DNA from: Gemmatimonadota bacterium
Lineage (GTDB): Bacteria; Gemmatimonadota; Gemmatimonadetes; Gemmatimonadales; Gemmatimonadaceae
NCBI GenBank assembly: GCA_040389905.1
Contig: JAZJZK010000025.1
Span: forward strand, 1-64,000
DNA length: 64,000 nt
Direction: 5' to 3'
Part shown: piece by piece, positions 28,594 to 38,034 of the stretch
How the letters are laid out: each line of letters starts with the position of its first letter
Position numbering within the stretch: the stretch's first letter is position 1
Made by a program: the position numbers and the translations under genes
Notes under the pieces: generated by a model
The model's input: only the letters and a program-made list of their open reading frames with translations
What the model was told of the DNA's origin: nothing
Database searches by the model: none

Positions 28594-30024
28594 TCACTTG
28601 GCGAGCGGATTCTTGAAATGACAGTACAGGCAGAGCTGCGGGTTCTTCGCGGACATCCGCGCGGCGTCGAACTCGGGCCCGTGCGGATTGATTCGAGAAC
28701 CGAGCTGGGAGTGGCACTGCATGCAGTAGGTCTGTTGATGACAGGTCGTGCACGCCTTCAAGTCTTGTCGCGCCGCTCGGCCATGCTGAAGGAACCAGAA
28801 CGGCTGCGCGTTGTGGAAGACGGTGGTACGGGTGTTTTTGGTCGCGGCGAGCCCCGTCTGACGATGACAATCGCGGCAGAATGCCTCGGCCGAATGACAG
28901 GAACTGCAATCGGTTTCGCGGCGGTACGCCTGCGGCGCATGCGTCGATACAAAATTGTTCGCGTGGTAGCGGTGCGTCACCTTTTCACCGGTGTGACAAT
29001 CCGCGCAGAACCGCTTCGCGTGGCAATTTTCGCAGGTTGCTGCACCGGACGCCGCCTGCGCGCCGTGCGCGCGTGCGAAGCCGGTGGCGTGCACGCGCAC
29101 AGTTCGCAAACTCGTGTCGGCAATCTGCCGCTCGTGCCGCAATTGCACACCGGGAGCCGTCGCCTCGCGTGCGTCAGGGAGACGCCGGAGCGCATCGCGC
29201 GCCCCGTCCCCGGTGTGGCACGTTTCGCAGCTCGCGCGCGCATGGCACGTCGCACAGCGCGCAATGTTCGACTTCGCCGCCGCGCCGTGCACAAGACCAA
29301 ACTGGGTTTCACGGTGGTCGGCCGGAAGCGGATACACCGCGTGCTTACTGGCAACGAACCGCGCAACGCGGGCGTCCGTCTCGAGGGCGCGGATCATCGG
29401 CTGTCGCGCTCCATCGACGTGGCATCGTTGACAACTTTCCCGTGCATGACATGTCGTACAGTTCGCGATACCTGCGCGTGCGGCAGTGCCGTGGGTGGAC
29501 GTGAAGTCCGTGCGCGCATGCGATGGTGGTTTTGGAAGCCCAGCCACTGCGGCGTCACTCAGTGCCGTGGCATTCACCAGCGTCCTGTGACAGGTCGAGC
29601 ACGTATTCGCATCCGCGAGATGGGTGCGGCTCGTACCCTTCTGATGACACGACATGCACTGCTCGGGCATTGCGTGCGCCACGTTCATCCAAGGCGCCGC
29701 ATCATCGAGGGCATGACACGACTCGCACCGCACCCCCGTGGTCTTGGTGGCGTGTTGCTGATGCGAGAACGCGAGGAGGCCTGCACCCTTCCGGGCAGGC
29801 GGCTCCCATCGAACGCGGGGTTGCACGGTGCCATTGTGGCACTGCACGCAGAGAGCCGCCGTCGGATAATTCCGGACCGCATCGCCCGTTGTGATTCCGG
29901 TGTGGCAGCTCGAGCACAACAGGAAGAGTTTTGCGTGGCGCGCATGCGGAAATGGCGATGTCGTCTGCGCAGTCAGGAAGACCGGCGCAAGGAACATCGC
30001 CAATGCCAAAAGCGCGCGCCTCAT
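28594..30024 (-). CDS. Periplasmic 16-heme c-type cytochrome
   Basis: Sec signal; 16 CxxCH counted, including five doubled CxxCH-x4/5-CxxCH units. Confidence 0.93.
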   Translation of the reverse strand: MRRALLALAMFLAPVFLTAQTTSPFPHARHAKLFLLCSSCHTGITTGDAVRNYPTAALCVQCHNGTVQPRVRWEPPARKGAGLLAFSHQQHATKTTGVRCESCHALDDAAPWMNVAHAMPEQCMSCHQKGTSRTHLADANTCSTCHRTLVNATALSDAAVAGLPKPPSHARTDFTSTHGTAARAGIANCTTCHARESCQRCHVDGARQPMIRALETDARVARFVASKHAVYPLPADHRETQFGLVHGAAAKSNIARCATCHARASCETCHTGDGARDALRRLPDAREATAPGVQLRHERQIADTSLRTVRVHATGFARAHGAQAASGAATCENCHAKRFCADCHTGEKVTHRYHANNFVSTHAPQAYRRETDCSSCHSAEAFCRDCHRQTGLAATKNTRTTVFHNAQPFWFLQHGRAARQDLKACTTCHQQTYCMQCHSQLGSRINPHGPEFDAARMSAKNPQLCLYCHFKNPLAK

Positions 30025-31361
30025 TTTGCCATCCCCGGATCACGCCCCATCGTCCACTCGAAGCGGAGCGCCGCCCGCCGTTGCGTCCAGTCGGGACCGG
30101 GCGCGCCGTTTGTCAGGACGTGCTGGTACACGCCGATGTCAGCGACGAGGCGCGCATCGGGGGCAATGCGCATCGCCCCATTCAGCGCCGCGCCGAGAAT
30201 TCGTCCGGTGCCGACACGGAACTCATAGATGTTCTGCGTAATCGCGAGGTCGACGCCAACGGCCATGTCATCGGATCGGCTCCAGTGGCCACCGGTGCGG
30301 ACGTCGGTGCTCGCCGCGCCACTCCCGATGTCGACGTCGTACGAACCGAAGGCAGAGAGCGACGTTGCGTTCTGCCAGCGCACGTCTCCACCGGCGCGCC
30401 ATCCATTGGTCCGCACTCCAGGCACCGCCGTTCCCGCGTCCGCGTATTTCCTGAACGCGCCGCGCAGGGACGCAGAGAAGGGCGATCCTGGCGCACCCCA
30501 ATCCACGGTCGCTCGCTCCTCGTCGAACCCGATGGGGGAGAATGCTCCCCAGATCGTCCACAACTCGAAGTACGGACGCGAATGACGCACTTCCACCGAG
30601 TAGCCGATGGTCCGTCCGGCGCTCGCACCCAGGCGCAGTCGTGCCTCGTTGAAGTCCCCGGTGGCGAAGTCGTAGTTCAGACCGAGATCCGCCGTCACCG
30701 CATACGCGCGCGACGACGCGTCGAACGATGCGCGCTCGGCGTAGAGTCCACTGCGGTCGGCGAGGAGCACCCGTTGGTATGTCAGCGCGGTGCCGAGCAA
30801 CGGGCTTGGACGATAGCGCGCCCGCCCGCCGACGATGTACCCGTCTTGCGGCGGAGGGAGGTTGTCTACGGCAGCGAGCTGCGCGCTCGTGTAAGGATCG
30901 TTGAGGCCGGCCAACAGCGCCCGCCCACCCCAGCCCTCGACACTGAACTCCTCGTGCCGCAGGAGCGCGTTGGCTCCGTCGAACGCATACGAGCCGAGGC
31001 CACTGGTGATCCACTGCCGGCCAAGGCGTCCGCGCCATGTGCTTCGATCGAGTTCCGCATACGCGTCGATCGCATCGAGGTGCCGGTCCGCGCGGGGATA
31101 CAGCAGACCATCGGTCGAGCCGAGCTGTGTGCGCGCCCGCAAGTTCGCGTGAAAGCTGAGCCCTTCTCGCCATCCCCAGCCGGACAGCGTGAGGTCCTGC
31201 AACACGGGCGCTGCACTGATGCGGTTGCCCGAGGTGAGAATCGAGTCGATGACCAACTGGCGGAGTTCCACGTACTGGACCGTGGTGACGCCGGAAATAC
31301 GCAGCCCCTGCGCCGCGAGCAACGACGGGCACGCCAGCGCCACGAGGAGCAGTCGCTTCAC
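30021..31361 (-). CDS. Outer-membrane beta-barrel porin of a porin-cytochrome cluster
   Basis: GTG 31361 with signal peptide; amphipathic strands (AYAEL...GRLGRQ, FDGA); sits between multiheme genes. Confidence 0.82.
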   Translation of the reverse strand: MKRLLLVALACPSLLAAQGLRISGVTTVQYVELRQLVIDSILTSGNRISAAPVLQDLTLSGWGWREGLSFHANLRARTQLGSTDGLLYPRADRHLDAIDAYAELDRSTWRGRLGRQWITSGLGSYAFDGANALLRHEEFSVEGWGGRALLAGLNDPYTSAQLAAVDNLPPPQDGYIVGGRARYRPSPLLGTALTYQRVLLADRSGLYAERASFDASSRAYAVTADLGLNYDFATGDFNEARLRLGASAGRTIGYSVEVRHSRPYFELWTIWGAFSPIGFDEERATVDWGAPGSPFSASLRGAFRKYADAGTAVPGVRTNGWRAGGDVRWQNATSLSAFGSYDVDIGSGAASTDVRTGGHWSRSDDMAVGVDLAITQNIYEFRVGTGRILGAALNGAMRIAPDARLVADIGVYQHVLTNGAPGPDWTQRRAALRFEWTMGRDPGMAK

Positions 31362-33235
31362 TTCGCGATCTCGGGGCGCCGGGCGCTCAACATGCCGTGA
31401 TCCAACGCGTGGCACGCCGCGCAGTCACCCTGCGGATAGTGCGTGCGCTGTGGCTGATGACACGTCACGCAGATCGCTCTCGACAATGGAAGCGCCGCGA
31501 TGGTCGCGTCGGTATGGCAACTCGCGCAACCAGCGTGCGACGCGCGATCGTGCCCAACGCGCGCGGTGGTGTGGCAGCTCGCACAATCGGCAACCGCAGT
31601 ATGGTGCGACGTGTGACAGCTCGCGCAGGTCGTCGTGACTTTCCGGTTTCCGGCATTCGCGTGGCACCGCACACACGCGAGTGTGTCATGCCGTGTGTGC
31701 GTGAAACCGATCTGTCGCGTAACGGGATCCTTGCGCGCGCTGATCGCGAACGCCATCGGCATATCGCGCTGCGGAAGCGAGCCTGCCGCATGGCAGGCGG
31801 TGCACGTCGCCTTTTGTTGCGCACCGTGATGACAGGCCGTGCATCCCGCCGGCCGGCTGAACGTAAGCCCGCCATGTGTGCTGTTGACGGCATGGCACTG
31901 GGTGCACCCCACGGTGCTGTGGCGCGAATGCAGAAAGCCAGTGTCTCGAGCCGGAGTCACCGGAGCCTCCCTCGTCACGAGCGAGGCGAAACGGATGACG
32001 CCGCGCGTCGCGCGAGTGTGCCGCGCGAGCCGGCGCGGTGCGCGTGCCCTCGGCACCTCGCTCACGCGTCTGGCTTTTGGGCGATCCTGATTGATCGTCG
32101 TATGACACGCCTTGCAGTCCGTTCCCTTCACTTTCCAGCTGTGTGCCTGATGACACGCGCCGCATTGGTCGAGCGAGTGCTTCCCGAGGCCGCGATGGAA
32201 CGCGGTGAGCGTGTCTGCCGATGCATGACACTGGGCGGTCGCGCACGTCTTGAAAGCGTCCTTCGGTTCCGTGTTCTTGTGCACGTCGTGACACGATCCG
32301 CAGTTGCCTTTGTGCGGGTCCAGGGCGAGATCGAAATTCTTGATCGCCTTTGTCATGGGATGACACGAGGTGCAATCCAGCACCTTCGGCACCAGCGCGA
32401 GTTTCGCCTGTGCCACGGTGGTACCGGGCGGCACGAGTCCCTTGAAGTCGTGGCACGAGGTGCAGTGCATGAACCCCTGCTTCGACATGTCGCCGAGGTT
32501 CACGCGCTGATTGAAGTGGCAGCCGCTCTGCGTACAACTGAACGCGGTCGGCGTGAACTGGTGAAAGTCGCGCCCGTGGCACGAAGTGCATTGGATCTTG
32601 CTGAGCGAATCATTCGTCGAGCGAAGATGCAAGGCATGTCCGGCTGTCAGCGTCACGAGCGTGCGAGCGGAGTCCGTTCCCGCGCGCATGTGACATTCAC
32701 CGCACACCTTGCTGGGCACCTTGTCGTGCGGCGGGATGGTCATCCGTCGCTCCGTCACCCACCAGAACAACTCCACGGAACTCACGTACATGGGTTGGCG
32801 GTGACAGCCGTGACACGTCACGTCCTTGTGCGCACTCACCTGAAAGCGGTTCCACGCCGTGTCCATGACGTGGCACGACTGGCAGAAGTCGTTCTCGTGC
32901 ATCATGTAGTTGTAGCCGTACAGTCCCGAGCCGATGCCGACGACGCCAACGGTGAGGATCGTTGCCGCCATCGCGCTCTTCGCGAAGAGGGAGCGGCTCA
33001 GCCACCACGCCCAGAGCTCTCGGCGCCGTTTCCACATGTGCCACGCGACGATCGCCGCGACCGGCACGCCGATGAAGATGCCCCCCAGCTGCACCCATTG
33101 GGGCACGGTGGTGAACAGAAAGCGGAACAGGTGGCCGGCCAACGCAGTCGTCTCGCCGGCGGTCTTCGACGACGCATGCCCTGCGTACTGCGCGTCCGGT
33201 GTCTGCTGAAGGAGGAGGAGCAGGGCGAGGATCAC
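31358..33235 (-). CDS. Membrane-anchored NapC/NirT-like multiheme cytochrome, 18 CxxCH + 2 CxxxxCH
   Basis: N-terminal TM helices, then NDFCQSCHVM...SAHKDVTCHGCH (NapC/NrfH-like); motifs counted by hand. Confidence 0.88.
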   Translation of the reverse strand: MILALLLLLQQTPDAQYAGHASSKTAGETTALAGHLFRFLFTTVPQWVQLGGIFIGVPVAAIVAWHMWKRRRELWAWWLSRSLFAKSAMAATILTVGVVGIGSGLYGYNYMMHENDFCQSCHVMDTAWNRFQVSAHKDVTCHGCHRQPMYVSSVELFWWVTERRMTIPPHDKVPSKVCGECHMRAGTDSARTLVTLTAGHALHLRSTNDSLSKIQCTSCHGRDFHQFTPTAFSCTQSGCHFNQRVNLGDMSKQGFMHCTSCHDFKGLVPPGTTVAQAKLALVPKVLDCTSCHPMTKAIKNFDLALDPHKGNCGSCHDVHKNTEPKDAFKTCATAQCHASADTLTAFHRGLGKHSLDQCGACHQAHSWKVKGTDCKACHTTINQDRPKARRVSEVPRARAPRRLARHTRATRGVIRFASLVTREAPVTPARDTGFLHSRHSTVGCTQCHAVNSTHGGLTFSRPAGCTACHHGAQQKATCTACHAAGSLPQRDMPMAFAISARKDPVTRQIGFTHTRHDTLACVRCHANAGNRKVTTTCASCHTSHHTAVADCASCHTTARVGHDRASHAGCASCHTDATIAALPLSRAICVTCHQPQRTHYPQGDCAACHALDHGMLSARRPEIAK

Positions 33236-33340
33236 GCGGCTCCCTTATGCAAGAAACGCGGCGAGGGGCTCGGCGACGCATGCCATCGTCGCCGGGCCCC
33301 ATCGTCGAACCGTGCCGCGAACTGCGCGGCGCTCACCAGG

Positions 33341-34837
33341 CTATCGTCGTGATCCGTTGGCGGAACGGTCTCGTGGAGGTTGGACGAACTGCAGCGTGAG
33401 GGGCGGCGGGGAGTCGGGCGTCACCCCGTAGTCCTTCTGGATCTGGTTGATGGACGCGACGAGGAGTTGCTCGAGCAGGAACGGGTTATGAACGAACGCG
33501 CCCGGTGATTGTGCGAGCGACACGTTGAATTGTGTACCGAGGCAGGACGTGAATGGCTTGCCGGCAACGAGCGTGCATGCGGCGGCGTTGACCGCCTTCA
33601 CCTTGGCGATGGCGGAGTTGGCCGACGTCACCAACTGGAGAATGCGCACCGAATCCGTGACGTAGAGCGTGCGCGCGACGGTTTCGGAGGCGTGGCAACT
33701 GCTGGCGGCGCATGACCGGAATGTCTTGGCGGTCAGTGCGCAGTTCTGGGCGACGGTCGGAAGGCCGTTCGCGTCGACGCACGGGGTCGCGATGAACCGG
33801 TGCCCTGTACTCTGCTGGATGAACTTGCCGGTCGCCTTGTCCGTGGCCGCGAAGCGCGCCACGTGGCAGGTCGCGCACAATTTGGGATTTCGCGAGGGCG
33901 TGCCGTGCGAGCCGATGATCGAGTCGCTCGTGCTCATGCCCGGCGGGAACCAACCGGCCGTGCCGAACAGGGTGGGCCCTTCGGGAGAGTGGACGCTGTT
34001 CCGCGTGGTGACCTGCGACGGATCCGCGCGCCGCTGGTGGCACTTGGCGCAGAGATTGTCGTCGACATTGGCCGCGCTGATGGAAAAGCGAAGCTGGTGT
34101 TCGTTCGGCGATCCGTGCGGATCGTGGCACGTTGCACACACGAGCGGCAGGGCGTTCGCGGTCGTCAATGCGGACGTCGCGACCTTTTCCTTGTAGTTGC
34201 CGTTCGGGTCGAACTGCGCCAACGCGCCCTGCGCCGTGTGGCAGCCGACACAGGTGGGATCCGTATTGCCAACCGTGCCCGACTGCACGATCGCGTGCGA
34301 CAGGCCCTTTTCGTTCGCGAGCTTCCACTCGCTGACGAACGGGCTGTGAACGCCGGTATGACACTCACCGCACCCATCGGTGGCATTCGTGTCTGCCTTG
34401 ATGGAAGCCAGTGGGCGATTCAGCTGCGTGGGGCTACTCGCGTGCGTGAGCCCGGGGCCGTGACAACTCTCGCATTGCACATCGTGATAGCGTGCATCTT
34501 TTGTCGAGCGGTACCCAGCGATGGTGTCGGTGACTGCGTTGCCGAGGTTGTTGACGCTGTGACACGCCTCGCAGTAGCCGGCAACACCGCTGCTCGCCTG
34601 GAGATCCTTCCATGCCGATGCGTGCTTGGTCGTGCTCCACCGCGTCTGGTAGTCGACGTGGCATCCGCCGCAGACAGTGCGCTTGCTCGTTTCATCCGAG
34701 TAGCCGATGAAGCTCGCGGCCGCCGTCGCTGGTGCGGCGAAGTTGGAGCCATCGCGATAGACAATCTTCTCGGTTGTGCAGGCGAGGAAGGAGAGCGCCG
34801 CAACCACGAGAACTGCTTTTGCTACCTGGATGCGCAT
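33341..34837 (-). CDS. Multiheme cytochrome c lipoprotein, 8 CxxCH + 1 CxxxxCH
   Basis: GGAG RBS; lipobox FLAC; VQCESCHGPG; C-terminal PGAFVHNP helix region. Confidence 0.9.
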   Translation of the reverse strand: MRIQVAKAVLVVAALSFLACTTEKIVYRDGSNFAAPATAAASFIGYSDETSKRTVCGGCHVDYQTRWSTTKHASAWKDLQASSGVAGYCEACHSVNNLGNAVTDTIAGYRSTKDARYHDVQCESCHGPGLTHASSPTQLNRPLASIKADTNATDGCGECHTGVHSPFVSEWKLANEKGLSHAIVQSGTVGNTDPTCVGCHTAQGALAQFDPNGNYKEKVATSALTTANALPLVCATCHDPHGSPNEHQLRFSISAANVDDNLCAKCHQRRADPSQVTTRNSVHSPEGPTLFGTAGWFPPGMSTSDSIIGSHGTPSRNPKLCATCHVARFAATDKATGKFIQQSTGHRFIATPCVDANGLPTVAQNCALTAKTFRSCAASSCHASETVARTLYVTDSVRILQLVTSANSAIAKVKAVNAAACTLVAGKPFTSCLGTQFNVSLAQSPGAFVHNPFLLEQLLVASINQIQKDYGVTPDSPPPLTLQFVQPPRDRSANGSRR

Positions 34838-35041
34838 GGTGCACATCTCTCCACTGAGGGTACTGCTCTTTCGAACGCTCGGGCCGGTGCGGTCCACCAC
34901 GCGTCGTCCTTCTACATCGTGATTCCTTGGTAACATGTACGACTACGCACGCAGCCGCTGTCAGGCAAATTACGGACACGATAACAGGATGTTTACAGTC
35001 GGCTCGATCTCGCTCTAGATTCGATACGGTTCCGTTGGGGC

Positions 35042-35109
35042 TGTCATCCCGAGCGAAGTCGAGGATCTGCACGTGCCGCCTGTATACGAAGTGCAGACCC
35101 TTCGACTCG
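35042..35109. repeat. Palindromic repeat family B
   Basis: tgtcatcccgagcgaagtcgaggatctgcac...gtgcagacccttcgactcg. Confidence 0.85.
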
Positions 35110-35207
35110 TAATTCATAGGGTACAGGCCTTTTCGCGGAGTTTACCCGCAACGAAGCTGACGAGCTCAGGCAGCAACCGAACCGAACAGCAGATAGCGGA
35201 CGACGAC

Positions 35208-35723
35208 TTATCGCGTTGCGCGGGCGCGGAGCGACGCGTCGATCTCGCGCGAGGAGAGCTGGCGAGGAAGCGGCATGTCTCCCCGATCGCTCGGCCGAGT
35301 GGGAACCTGAATGCGTGCGACCGAACCATCTGCAGCGAGCTCGACGATCGCTTGCGCCGCGTCGTCGCCGTGCTGATCCTGCTGGACCTTGATCACGAGT
35401 GTCCAGAGCCCGGAGTCCGCCCACTGCTTGCGCAGCGCATAGGCTCCCGTGCGTGACGTCGCCGTGAAGTCGAGCACCACGGAGCGCCGCGCTCCATTGA
35501 CGAGACCCTCGGCTGTGCCCGTCACCGGCGCGTTGATGTCGGTGCCGTGGTGGAACGCGTGGACGAGCAGGAATGCCCCGCGCGTTGTGGCATCATATGG
35601 ATTGACCGGTGTTTCGATCGAGATCCATGGCGGACCGGCAAGGACGGCGGGCCGTGCGCTCAGCGCACTGACACTGGCGAGGAGTGCGACGGCACCGAGG
35701 ACCAACGAGCGTGAAGCAATCAT
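35208..35723 (-). CDS. Exported hypothetical protein
   Basis: GGAGG RBS; signal peptide; GPPWISIE..NPYD, HAFHHG. Confidence 0.7.
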   Translation of the reverse strand: MIASRSLVLGAVALLASVSALSARPAVLAGPPWISIETPVNPYDATTRGAFLLVHAFHHGTDINAPVTGTAEGLVNGARRSVVLDFTATSRTGAYALRKQWADSGLWTLVIKVQQDQHGDDAAQAIVELAADGSVARIQVPTRPSDRGDMPLPRQLSSREIDASLRARATR

Positions 35724-35862
35724 GACGACCTCCGGAAGAGTGGATGTCGATAGGATGCCACTCGGCGGTGGCCTGCTTAGTGGGGGGACGGCAAGGGTGA
35801 TCCCGTTCAGCGAGCGACATACAATGGCTTGATTCGAGCCTCACCATGGCTAGATTGTAGCC

Positions 35863-37095
35863 ATGACTAGGCTTGACTCACTACCTCGGGCAGCCGGCCG
35901 AAAGTTCGACACCCTCCTCGGCATCTTTCCGGTCGTCGTCGCCACCGGCGCCAGACAGACCGGGAAGAGCACCCTCGTCACGGGCCATCCCGCGATGGCC
36001 GGCCGACCCGTGTTCTCCCTCGACAGCGCCGCAACCCGTGCCGACGCGGCCAGGGATCCCGAGGGCTTCGTCGCCCAATCACCCACCATGATCATCGACG
36101 AAGTCCAGCGCGTTCCCGAGCTCATGCTCGCGATCAAGCGCGCGGTGGACATGGAGGGCCAAGCGACGAAGGGACGCTTCGTCCTCACCGGGTCGGCGAA
36201 CCTCCTCATGATGAAACAGGTCGCCGACTCCCTGGCCGGCCGCGCGGCATATCTCCGCCTCGGACCCATGACGCGCCGAGAGCAACTGGGTTTCGGCGAG
36301 ACGGGTCGGTGGAGCAGCCTCCTCAGCGAGCATCCCGACCGCTGGCGCGACGTCCTGGCGGAGGACGTAGCGCCACCCGAGGATTGGCGCGACTTGAGCG
36401 TGCGCGGAGGGTTTCCACCGCCCGCACTCCATCTCCCCGACGACGCACGCGCATTCTGGTTCGAGGATTACGTCTCGACGTATGTCGAACGCGACTTGCG
36501 TGACCTCAGCGCCGTCGAGTTGCTCGGTGATTTTCAGCGGACGATGCGCGCACTCGCGTTGCGCGCCGGCAATCCACTCAACCAGAACGAGATCGCACGC
36601 GACCTCGGCGTCCCGCAACGCAACATCAGCCGGTGGATCGGGTTGATGGAAACGTCGTGGCTGCTCACGCAGCTACCGGCGTACACCGTGAATCGCACCT
36701 CGCGCCTCAAGAAGCGGCCCAAGATCTACTGGGCCGACGCAGGACTCTCGCTGCACCTGTCCGGGGAACACGACCCGCGCGGCGTCCATCTCGAAACGCT
36801 CGTGTTGTCCGATCTCCATGCGTGGGCCGCACTCGAGACGCGTCGCCCCGAGATTCTGTACTGGCGCACAGCGGATAACGCGGAGGTCGACTTCATCATC
36901 GAAACTGCCCGCACGCTGCTGGCCGTCGAGGTCAAATCGGCTACCAAGGTCAGCCTGTCGGACGCCGCGAATCTGAAACGGTTCGTCGCCGAGTACGGCG
37001 ACGCGTGCCATGGAGCAATCCTGCTCTACGATGGGACCGACATTGTGCGGCTTGCCGACCGCGTGATGGCTGTACCGTGGTGGCAGGTGGTTTGA
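35863..37095 (+). CDS. AAA_14 ATPase with DUF4143 / PD-(D/E)XK-like C-terminus
   Basis: GARQTGKST, IIDEVQR, LTGSA, SLAGR, GGFP, EVDF...VEVK. Confidence 0.88.
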   Translation: MTRLDSLPRAAGRKFDTLLGIFPVVVATGARQTGKSTLVTGHPAMAGRPVFSLDSAATRADAARDPEGFVAQSPTMIIDEVQRVPELMLAIKRAVDMEGQATKGRFVLTGSANLLMMKQVADSLAGRAAYLRLGPMTRREQLGFGETGRWSSLLSEHPDRWRDVLAEDVAPPEDWRDLSVRGGFPPPALHLPDDARAFWFEDYVSTYVERDLRDLSAVELLGDFQRTMRALALRAGNPLNQNEIARDLGVPQRNISRWIGLMETSWLLTQLPAYTVNRTSRLKKRPKIYWADAGLSLHLSGEHDPRGVHLETLVLSDLHAWAALETRRPEILYWRTADNAEVDFIIETARTLLAVEVKSATKVSLSDAANLKRFVAEYGDACHGAILLYDGTDIVRLADRVMAVPWWQVV

Positions 37096-37125
37096 CGCTC
37101 GGTCTGCCAGGATAAGCAGACGCTG

Positions 37126-38034
37126 CTACTTGGAAAAAATCGGCACTTGCGACCGCAGCTGGATCGTTCCCTTGAACGAGCGCGCCGTCACGCGCGCACT
37201 CCCCGTTCCGCTCGACGCCGCGAAGGTCATCCCACGCCCTTCTCTTCCCGGAACGGGGCGCTGTTTTATCCACAGGTTGTCGATCGCACCGGTAATGGTC
37301 GCCGCATCGAGCTCGACATCCGCGTGCGACGCGAAGAGGATGTCGATGGGTCCACTGTGCGTCTCGAGCTCGACGTTCGCACCACGCGCCAACGTATTCG
37401 AAAACGAGATCCCGCCCGTCGTCGTCTCCAGCTTCGCGCGCTCCACCTCACCGCCACTCGTGCGAATCGCCCCGCTGATCGTCGACGCACCAACGTCCTG
37501 GCCACCGTTGAGCGTGATGTCGCCCGTCGCCGTCTTCACACGCATCCAATCCGGAGCACCGTCCACCACGACGTTGCCATCCATGCTCTCGGCGCGTAAC
37601 TCGCGCGGACTACCGTGCACGGCGATCGAACCACCGACGATGTTGAGATCGAGGCCCCCTACCACGCCGCTGACATCGACCTCGGCGCTGCCGGTCTTGA
37701 GCCACACGGTCGCACGACGCGGAACCTTCAGGAGTAACTTGCCTTCGCGGCCCGACTGATCCGCCGGCACGTCAGCGAACGCCTTGATCCCTTTCGAGCG
37801 CTCGGTTGGTGTACCGCCGAACAATTCGACCTTCACGCCGAACGGGACGGCGCCGCTCATCTCCACGCTATCGCGTTCCCAGCCGATGACGCGAATGTTG
37901 CCAACCGCCGCCATCAGCCTGATCGACACGGTCGCACTCGCAGCATGGCCCAGCAACACCTTCTGCTCCTTCTGCTGTGCAGGGAGCGAAGCGCTCGCGA
38001 TGAGCGTGAACGGAACCAGCCACGAAAGTCTCAT
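37126..38034 (-). CDS. DUF4097 beta-strand-repeat exported protein
   Basis: Repeated (T/S)xxGxI units; ATG overlaps the anti-sigma stop. Confidence 0.8.
   Translation of the reverse strand: MRLSWLVPFTLIASASLPAQQKEQKVLLGHAASATVSIRLMAAVGNIRVIGWERDSVEMSGAVPFGVKVELFGGTPTERSKGIKAFADVPADQSGREGKLLLKVPRRATVWLKTGSAEVDVSGVVGGLDLNIVGGSIAVHGSPRELRAESMDGNVVVDGAPDWMRVKTATGDITLNGGQDVGASTISGAIRTSGGEVERAKLETTTGGISFSNTLARGANVELETHSGPIDILFASHADVELDAATITGAIDNLWIKQRPVPGREGRGMTFAASSGTGSARVTARSFKGTIQLRSQVPIFSK

Noticed and set aside
28594..31361. Naming the genes mtrA/mtrB
   Set aside because: Sixteen hemes rather than ten, and a much shorter porin; orthology is unsupported without a search.
33232..33336. 34-codon ORF between the two cytochrome genes
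   Set aside because: No RBS, motif or hydrophobic segment; probably a spacer.
28204..33352. Long plus-strand ORFs (674, 489, 651 aa)
   Set aside because: Antisense shadows of the GC-rich cytochrome and porin genes, with no recognisable motifs.
34840..35040. FNR box upstream of the cytochrome operon
   Set aside because: No TTGAT-N4-ATCAA match seen.
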